A stretch of 64,000 nt of DNA, taken from Octopus sinensis (taxonomy: Eukaryota). Positions 53,985 through 64,000 of the stretch are shown piece after piece (within the stretch, counting starts at the first letter, position 1; the number at the start of each line of letters is the position of its first letter). The stretch is from positions 6,944,001 through 7,008,000 of the forward strand of contig NC_042997.1 of NCBI RefSeq assembly GCF_006345805.1. The letters are read 5' to 3'. Below the pieces are notes generated by a model. It was not told the origin of the DNA, searched no databases, and worked only from the letters and a program-made list of their open reading frames with translations. Position numbers and translations under genes: made by a program.

Positions 53985-54224
53985 AAGGCGGTAAGCTGGC
54001 AGAAACGTTAGCTCGCCGGGCAAAATGCTTAGCGGTATTTCGTCTGCCGCTACGTTCAGAATTCAAATTATGCTTAGGTCGACTTTGCCTTTCATCCTTT
54101 CGGGGTTGATAAATTAAGTACCAGTTGCACACTGGGGTCGATGTAATCGACTGAATCCGGTTGTCTGTCCTTGTTTGTCCCCTCTGTGTTTAGCCCCTTG
54201 TGGGTAGTAAAGAAATCGGTATTT
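53985..54224 (+). mobile_element. tRNA-derived SINE, near full length
   Basis: aaggcggtaagctggcagaaacgttag...gtcgactttgcctttcatcctttcggggttgataaattaagtaccagtt...ggggtcgatgtaatcgact...gccccttgtggg. Confidence 0.85.
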
Positions 54225-54299
54225 GCTCGACTTTATATTGTATGTATGTCACTAGAAACAGTTGTGTTTACATACTGTTAGCTTCTCCAATTATTCTAG

Positions 54300-54830
54300 T
54301 CAAACGTCTTTTCTCTGAATGAGCCTTGGAAAGAACGTGTCTGTAGCAACTATGCAGTATAAGGAAAAACTCAACTGTCCTTGGTGAGCTTTACTTCGCA
54401 TGTGTACTCTATCAACTGCTGTTGGGCTCGCAATTGCTTCGAGCTTTGAAGAAATCTGAATTTTAGATGCAGCCTTAGTACTGGTCCAACTTAGATTGTC
54501 AGGGCTATTGACACCCAACACTGGGTCAAATTGTAGGCGCAGAAGGTGACCACAAAGGTGTGCACAGGTGCTAATTTGCCTGATTTTGTATACATTTAAA
54601 CGAGAAAATTCAAACACAGCATAACTGGCGGATGGATTTGAGGAATCCAGTGAATTATTCAGTTCATATATGTCGTATTGTGATGAAAGCGTATTTGATA
54701 GATACTCTGTATTCCATCTGACATATATAAGAAAATCTTCAAAAGAGTACTGAGAAGGTAATAGCAATTGTAAAAATATCAGAAAAAATATGTTATTTAA
54801 ATAGGTATAATCTTTACCTATATAACACAC
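54300..54830 (-). CDS. Orphan 176-codon ORF; possible host exon from 54717 down to 54300
   Basis: Longest non-repeat, non-TE ORF in the track; acceptor-like ttttcttatatatgtcag|atgg at 54717; no recognisable family. Confidence 0.35.
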   Translation of the reverse strand: MCYIGKDYTYLNNIFFLIFLQLLLPSQYSFEDFLIYVRWNTEYLSNTLSSQYDIYELNNSLDSSNPSASYAVFEFSRLNVYKIRQISTCAHLCGHLLRLQFDPVLGVNSPDNLSWTSTKAASKIQISSKLEAIASPTAVDRVHMRSKAHQGQLSFSLYCIVATDTFFPRLIQRKDV

Positions 54831-55243
54831 TCATACATTAAAATTGAAGGTAGTATTTGGGAAATGATATAAGTGTTTAGGCTTGTTTATATATTTTGAT
54901 AAATTTGAAAAAGCAATTAACGTCACCAGAAAATTTATGTCTTATAATCTCAGCGTGTATATTAGTGAAGGGGAAATTGAAGAAGGTACTTTTATTGACG
55001 TCGAGTAAAAAGCGACAAAATTATAAACAACACTAAATTTGAATTTATGTTTTCATGAGAATTTATGTTTTATGATACCGTGATTTATCGCTTACAGAGG
55101 CTAAATTATCATGAGACAAAAAATATCACTGGATTTCTGTGTTTTTCAACTTACACCTTATTGTATATCTACCAGCATGCGGAATCACCCCCCAACTTTT
55201 TCAACTCTTTATGTATATGTATATGCGTGTGTATATCATAGAC

Positions 55244-55354
<111 letters not shown>

Positions 55355-55458
55355 TTCATAATGTAGATGCAGATATGTAAGTACGTACATATGTATGCAT
55401 ATATATTAATATTATGTACCTCTACATAATTATGTATATACCTATACATACACCCACT

Positions 55459-55490
<32 letters not shown>

Positions 55491-55551
55491 CATCTATACA
55501 TATATGTATATAAACATGAATATATATGATACATATATGTATATGTGTATA

Positions 55552-55599
<48 letters not shown>

Positions 55600-56999
55600 C
55601 ACATATATATGTATGTATAGTATGTATAGACACACACATATATATGTATGTATAAGTATGTATATCTATCTGATGATTAAGGAAAAACATGAAAAGCACA
55701 ATAACACAAACGTGTTTTTAGTTTCACGCATCTAGTGATAAGACAAAAATAAAACGGGGATTTGTTGCTTTAATGAGATAGGCCTTAATGTGAAAGAAAG
55801 GAGAACATAAAAAGAAGTAGTGTGGTTGAAACATAGAAGCGAGAGAAATGATAGGGGTATTAGAGGAAGGAGGAGAAGCATCTGTAAGCACGTGACTGTA
55901 AGCAATGTAGAGCAAAGTAAAATTGAGGAAACTTTTAGTGACTGTGCCAGAATTATGAATAAAGAATAATTAAACAAGATATATCACATGAAATGGGATA
56001 AAAGTTTGCTAAATTTTGACTGGATGTACACTTCAACACAAAATCGAATTAGAAGTGTCTTTGCCGTTCCGGGTATGGAGCCCTCACTCCAGCACACCTA
56101 CCTATACATATATATGTGCATATGAATGAACACATATATAGATATAGACGTATGTACATGAAACACATATATAGCATTTGCTTGTATACATACATGTATG
56201 GGTTTTGAGTGCAACGTATTTAGAGAAACAGACTAAAATTAAAATTGTACGTACAGTTCATACGTTAATCGTGACCAAATATTATTTTCGTGGAATATAT
56301 ATTATTACATATTATTCGGTATATAAGAACGCTATAATATATTATAAATTTAATAGACTGTAAATTTATGAAACAACAGTTTAATACATTTGAAATATAA
56401 GATACAAATGAAAGTTACGGTTTTATGCATGTATACGTAAGTGCCGAACGATGAAAATGAGCGATCAACACCGCATTGGTTGATATCATTTTTTTTTTTA
56501 ATTATAAATTAAGGCAACCACTGGTTTCGTGTTAAGAAAGGTAGGAAAATATCCCAGTGTCTTACCAAATTTTGAAGCGTATCACGTGGAGGTGTTCACT
56601 ACCATTTTAAAAATCGCATGCATGTCAGTTGTATTTGCGAGAGTTCTCGGAAACTCACGTGAACAAGACGATGAATCAATGAATCAAAGGACGTTACTTT
56701 TTAGTGGCATCTTTGTAATGTTTGCTTCCTCGTATTTGAAAATTGTTGTATGATCAATTTATTTGCATTATTTTGTTCTTGTTCTGGGCATGGCGTACTT
56801 ATATATGTGTGCTGAAGTAGTTCGTTATTGGGGCTTCTGAAAACAAATTATGAAAGAATTTCTGAAACAGAACTAGCCTAAATGTGTCTTCTCACTCGAT
56901 ATCGACATGAAACTTTAACAATTTATGTCTGTAATGCAAGCCATATACTAAGTATGTGTCCCGGAGGAAAAGGTCAATGTACGCAAGAACAAAATACCC

Positions 57000-58265
57000 A
57001 GCGAGAGGAAAATTCTTCTGAAACTGTGTAGACAATGTTCAAATCACTTAAACAAACAAACTAAAAGAAGTGAAAACTCCCACCTAAAAATACAACTGCT
57101 GGAGATTGAAAACATTCCCAGCAATCCTTCTAAACACATATAAGTAAATCCTTGCAGCATCAATGCAGTCCTTCTTCCAGAGCTTCCAAGCTGAGGGAGG
57201 GTAAAATATGCCATATTCATTTACAAGGTAAAAGAGCAGAAGGCAAAAACTTCTAACCTATTTCTCTGACCTCACCCAAAAGCAAAGTCATTGAACGATT
57301 AGTCAGAAGAACTCTAATCACCTTCCTTGATGAAAATGAGTTGCTGACTGACACACAACATGGTTTTCGAACAGGAAAAAGCTGCCTGACTCAGCTCTAA
57401 GAAACTTCCGACAGGGTGTTTAAACAGCGGCTCAACTACTCAAATGTTGATGTGATATACTTCGACATTGCAAAGGCCTTCGATAAATTCGATCACAGAG
57501 TGATATGCCACAAACTGTGTGATTTCGGTTTAGCTGGGAAATTGAGGTAATGGCTGCATAACTTTCTGAAGGATAGAAGTCATGGTAGTAGCTAATGACA
57601 AGCAAATAATGAACGGTTTTCCAGAAGTTACTATTTTGGGACCACCACAGATCATAATGACCCCCGCCCCCTCAGATATGCCCTCAACCACACAGAGAGC
57701 CATGATCACAATTTATTTACACGACGCAAAGGTCTCACAGGTGATACAGAACCCTGAAGACGCTATTTTGAAAATTGCTCCCAGCTATGGTCACCAACCA
57801 GTGTAAAATTAATTGCAGTACTTGAAACAATGAAACGAAGCTACAAGATGTAGTTAGCCTCTATGCAGCATATAAGCTACTGGGAAAGACTCAAGAGTAT
57901 GAGACTCTATTCCCTAGAGCGTAGGCGGGAAAGATGTACCAGAAAATACATCTAGAAGGACTTGTCCCAAACTTTGGTATCGTGAGTTACACTTATGCTA
58001 GAGCAAGGAACAACTGTTTATTGCCAAAGACTTCAACTGTGACATCAAGATAAAGGAAAAAATATTGCTACAGCCAATGCTTTAAAGGCCCACAGCTCTT
58101 CAATATACTCCCGAAATTATTGAGAGGCCCACATGGGGTGGTTGTAAGTGTTTTCAACTGTCAAGTGTCCTCTTGCTCTCAAGTGTCCCAGCTGAACCAA
58201 CTTCACAGAAAATGCAGATGAAGGCATTGTCATGAAACCCCCTCATGCACCAAATATTAAAATCT
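57000..58265 (+). pseudogene. CR1-clade LINE RT and C-terminus with internal deletions
   Basis: PISLTSPKSKVIERLV; QHGFRTGKSCLTQL; DVIYFDIAKAFDKFDH; GFPEVTILGP; YWERLKSMRLYSLERRRER; GPQLFNILP. Confidence 0.88.
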
Positions 58266-58362
58266 GAATAGAAATACTGAAAGAAGATTTTGTAGCAAAA
58301 TCAAATGGCAGTGCCCCAGCATAGCCACAGCTCATGAGCTGAAAATTGTCAAAACAAAACAA

Positions 58363-58433
<71 letters not shown>

Positions 58434-58622
58434 GGGGGTGTATTTATACCGTAACTTAAGGATAGATTAAATACTAATTTTACAATGATTAATTCCTGGG
58501 GTCAAACTGTTCGACTAAAGATGGTGCTCAAGCATGGCCGTGGTCAAATGGCAGAAACAAATAGAGAAAAATAATTGAAAATATATATATATATTATATT
58601 ATATATATATATATTATATATA

Positions 58623-58720
<98 letters not shown>

Positions 58721-58960
58721 CTGTCCTTGTTTCGTATACATACGATTTTTTTTCCAAGATATCTAATGCTCGTAGCTTAGTTTTTCTTTGGGGTTGGCGG
58801 ATCGGAGCGATCTCAAGATTAACCAGCCGAAATTGCAAGGATGATCCGGTTCTTGACTGGAGATTGAAGGCTTCGAATGTCCCGTCCGTGCTTTTTGTAT
58901 CGTCTTCTAAATGTTCTGCGTTCTTGTCCCAGTTTGTTATTTTTTACATATACATATATA

Positions 58961-59129
58961 TAGGCGCAGGAATGACTGTTTGACAAGTAGTTTGTTTACC
59001 AACCACATGGTTCCGAGTTCAGTCCCACTGGCACCTTCGGCAAGTGTCTTCTACTATAGCCTCGGGCTGACCAAAGCCTTGTGAGTGGATTTCGTAGACG
59101 GAAACTGAAAGAAGCCCGTCGTATATATG

Positions 59130-59182
<53 letters not shown>

Positions 59183-59400
59183 GCGTGTGTGTGTTTGTGT
59201 GTCTGTGTTTGTCCTCCTAGCATTATTGACAACCGATACTGGTGTGTTTATGTCCCCGTTACTTAGCAGTTGGGCAAAAGACCGATAGAATAAGTACTGG
59301 GCTTACAAAAGAATAAGTCCCGGGGTCGAGTTGCTCGATTAAAGTCGGTGCTCCAGCATGGCCGCAGTCAAATAACTGAAACAAGTAAAAGAGAAAGAGA
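58961..59400 (+). mobile_element. Full-length tRNA-derived SINE with an internal (TA)/(TG) microsatellite
   Basis: Head taggcgcagg...ggttccgagttcagtccc (B-box-like); microsatellite at ~59120-59210; tail ggtgctccagcatggccgcagtc...gaaacaagtaaaagag. Confidence 0.88.
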
Positions 59401-59487
59401 AAGATATATATATATATATATATTCCTATCTATCTATCTATCTATCTATCTAGGTAGCTAGCTATATATATATATATATATATCTAG

Positions 59488-59521
<34 letters not shown>

Positions 59522-59569
59522 GATAATAATTTAATAAATAAATAAAACATATGCATATATACATACATA

Positions 59570-60660
<1,091 letters not shown>

Positions 60661-62733
60661 GCAATGAGTGAATGTGAACACGTGAAGAGGCATTAGCATT
60701 ATAATACATCAGTTAATTGCTTAGAAAATATCTTGCTCAATCCATACCAGGAGTTACGTGACATATGTAATGTGATGTTATTGAATGAGACTATTTTGTT
60801 ATATCCTATATGGTATTTAATAACCTAATAACATTTTGGCTAAACCGTTTTTTGTTCAAATAGAATAAAGAAATTTCGTGACATATAAGAATTTTCCTTC
60901 TCGTTTCAAAAGTATATTTTTTTTATGGAATATTCTAAAGTCATTAAACAGCCATTCAATGTTAAATCTAAATCTTTCCCCTTGGGCTTCATTCGTTAGC
61001 ATCAAGATACTTATATTGTTTATATCCTGAACTGTGTCTTCAAAAGATGTCTTACAAGAATATTTCCTCACACATACAAAGTATCATGCAAATTACATTA
61101 TTCTTATATGTGTACATACACATTTATACTCACATACACAATTACACGGACATATTAGGTATACCTGTGTTTGTGTGTCTGTGAGTACCTCTCTGAATAT
61201 CAGTGCTGACATAAATTTCAACAACGAAGTATATATTCATATATTTTATATCCATTAGCCAATCACGTTTCTTCATGCTTTTGATTGCATTACTTGATGT
61301 GTGACATGTAAATAATTGATTTATATTTTCTTACAACGTGTTAGTTATTACGGGTCACTGTTTTGATTTGTTGTTCATATTGTTATCATTCTATTTTAGT
61401 ATATTGATTTGTTTATTTATATTATCAAATATTTTCTTTATGAATAATTTTTCTCCAAAGTGCACAAATACTTGTCAAATTATGTTGGCTATACATTGTT
61501 CTTTAGCTATTTTGATAATGTGAAGATATCTTAATTGTCAAACTGTAAAAAATATTTTCATTCCTTTCTTTTCTGTTTTTTGGTGATTCATTTACGAAAT
61601 ACATTTGTTACAGTTTTTACATATTTTCATGAATATGATTTCATTGGAATTTTTTGAGGAAATGTATATTTCGTTGCGTTTAAAATATTTTTGGCAGTAA
61701 ACTTACCTGTATATATCAAATGCAACGAACATATATTCGTGGTTCTTATATTATTTTCATAGCTAATATAAGTGGGAAGGATATTTTGAGCCAGAGATAA
61801 TTCTTGTCTGATATTTCTCTGAATACTACTGCTCTAAGTATGTTTTAACGATTGAAAATAAGCAAGTCTTTTTGTAGCATTTCTTTGTTTTGTTTTCACT
61901 TAGAGGTTTCTGGTTACATTTCTGTAAATTTGAATGTGCTCTACTTTCTCAATGGCTTATTGGATCTCTATGGGTGGAGGTATTAACGTCGCTTCAATCC
62001 TCGTATCACTGTTGTTTTTTACTTGCTGTTTTATCAAGTGCATAATCATAAAATATTTAATGAAACGTATTTTAGAATGACTATTATTTTGGGATAAGTA
62101 ATATATAAAGTTGCGTGGACTTTTAATATACATGCCTCATACATTTTCCTTTCATTTCACATTTACATAAGAATATTGTTTCACTTTATGTTTTGGAATA
62201 TGATCAACCTTATCTGTATATGTGTGTGGTTTAAAAGACCATCAATTTATTTAGTAACTTACAGCAATTGTATTCTGCTTCTTTCGTGCGGCCCTTTCTT
62301 CAGTTTCATAGAGTATTTTCTACTACATGTTTGGTAAGACTTAATATAAAAGAACACTTATTTAATCTGTCCGTGTTATTCTCTACGTTTTTAAGTGGCT
62401 CTGCTCCAGCGAAGTGTTGTGTTTGTGTGTTTCTAATTTTGCTCCGCGGAGGAGATTTACCTGCTCACGGATATATCAGTATTTATCATGTTTTTTGCTA
62501 TATTCTCCCTAAGTAGTAAATTGAGGCAGGTAATGCTACCTCGTAGTTTACTGTGTTTGCACTTCTTTGCTCTGGCATGTGGCATATATTGCTCCTCTTT
62601 CTGTTGTTCAGCCAGAAATCTTGAGAGCCCCATACGTCATTTTACGACTGGAGAGCCTATAATAATATAACACACACACACATATATACACACATACACA
62701 TACACACATGTATATATATATATATATATATAT

Positions 62734-62792
<59 letters not shown>

Positions 62793-62800
62793 ATATCATG

Positions 62801-62834
<34 letters not shown>

Positions 62835-64000
62835 ATATATCATGTATATATATATATATATATATAAATATATGCATATTTATATACATAGTTGTATAAT
62901 GTGTATGCATGCATCCAAAACATGTGAATATTGAATGAAAGTGTTAGAAGCAATCACATCTATGATTGTTGACTTCGTAATTATATATAGGTTGAATATC
63001 GTATTCACTAAGACCTTAATATTAATTTACGACAAACGTACTCATACTAAAACCTATTGCTTAAATATTTACTCATATGTAAATACATCCAAGCGTAATT
63101 ATCTTACTTCCTCGTTAATACACATGCGTTAGTATGTATTTGAATTTCCAATAATCACCGTAACTATTCTGTGTTTTCACTTGTTAATTCACCTATAATT
63201 TAAAATATAATCTGTAAATTTGCCGGTAGTGCCACTTATATAATGTTTAGTGTTAAGAATGCCTTGTAAATTCAATAATGAACCCTGTACAGAATGTAGG
63301 AGATCATTAGAAAGAAAATATGATGAAATAAAGAAACTTGACATTCATATTTATCGGATTATATTGATCCGCTTCCTTGGCGGAGTGACTAAGCAGTTTG
63401 TATATTGAAAGCCGATGTTGTTTATTTCAGATTTTATATATACAATCCTGTAACGTTTATGGATTTATATAATACCAAAATTTAAGTTAGTCACTGACCT
63501 TTTATTTATTTAAAGAATAAATAATTTATAGACGTAGCCGTATGAATACATTAAAACGTTTTACTTATGCGTTGAGAACAAAAATATCAGCAATACTTAA
63601 TTTGTGTTTTTTGCTTTCTTTTTTCTTTCTATGTCTTCGTAAATGAGGGCAGATCTTCCACTATATTCCTGAAGTACTAATACAATTATACATCGTTTGG
63701 TATAGGAACAGAGATAATTGCTTAGGAAAAAAACAAAGAAAAATCACAGAATTCATCTGAAAATAAGACAATAATTAAGCTAGTGTTATTCTATTCTTTG
63801 ATCATTTTGTTTTTAACGCTAGTGACTTGCCGAGGAGGGAATGGAAATGTGTCAGTAATGCAAATGTTGAATGCTCATTATTGCTACTGACTCATTATTG
63901 CTTCGAAGGGTCACGTTGTGACATGTAGAAGCTTTTTTTCAATTCCTCTACAATATATTTGTTCCTTGCTGTAAATACGAAAGATTGTATCCTGCACACA

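Noticed and set aside
61952-62530. Phase-compatible short exon candidates (e.g. 62304/62312-62333); also 49711-49730 and 4825-4859
   Set aside because: With NAGNAG options and AT-rich context such matches are near chance level, and the peptides are uninformative.

Overview
This is AT-rich eukaryotic (animal) genomic DNA packed with (TA)n, (CA)n, (GA)n, (GAT)n and (GAA)n microsatellites. The tRNA-headed SINE families and overall texture suggest a coleoid cephalopod, Octopus-like (inference, no database check). Most short ORFs in the track are microsatellite translations (poly-YI, HT, CV) and are not genes. The interpretable content is mainly decayed retroelements: a Neptune-type Penelope-like element (PLE; RT + GIY-YIG, ~18.9-23.0 kb, +), a Poseidon/Penelope-type PLE fragment (~2.9-3.8 kb, -), an RLE-type LINE resembling HERO (~26.8-29.4 kb, -), CR1, RTE and L1/Tx1-like LINE fragments, and about ten SINE copies. 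No rRNA, true tRNA gene or CRISPR array is evident. The most striking signal is about 15 hammerhead-ribozyme-like motifs from several PLE terminal-repeat (pLTR) families. They include a 332-bp near-perfect palindrome (38866-39197) carrying one complete minimal hammerhead on each strand, and a monomer-type hammerhead at 23256-23306. The Neptune PLE 3' region carries five ATTGG-N12-TGACGTC (CCAAT + CRE-like) modules upstream of a TATA box. A tentative + strand host gene end built from microexons (46272-47628) encodes a GPI/TM-like C-terminus, and there is an unexplained 176-codon ORF at 54300-54830 (-). All calls were made by eye; element boundaries are approximate.
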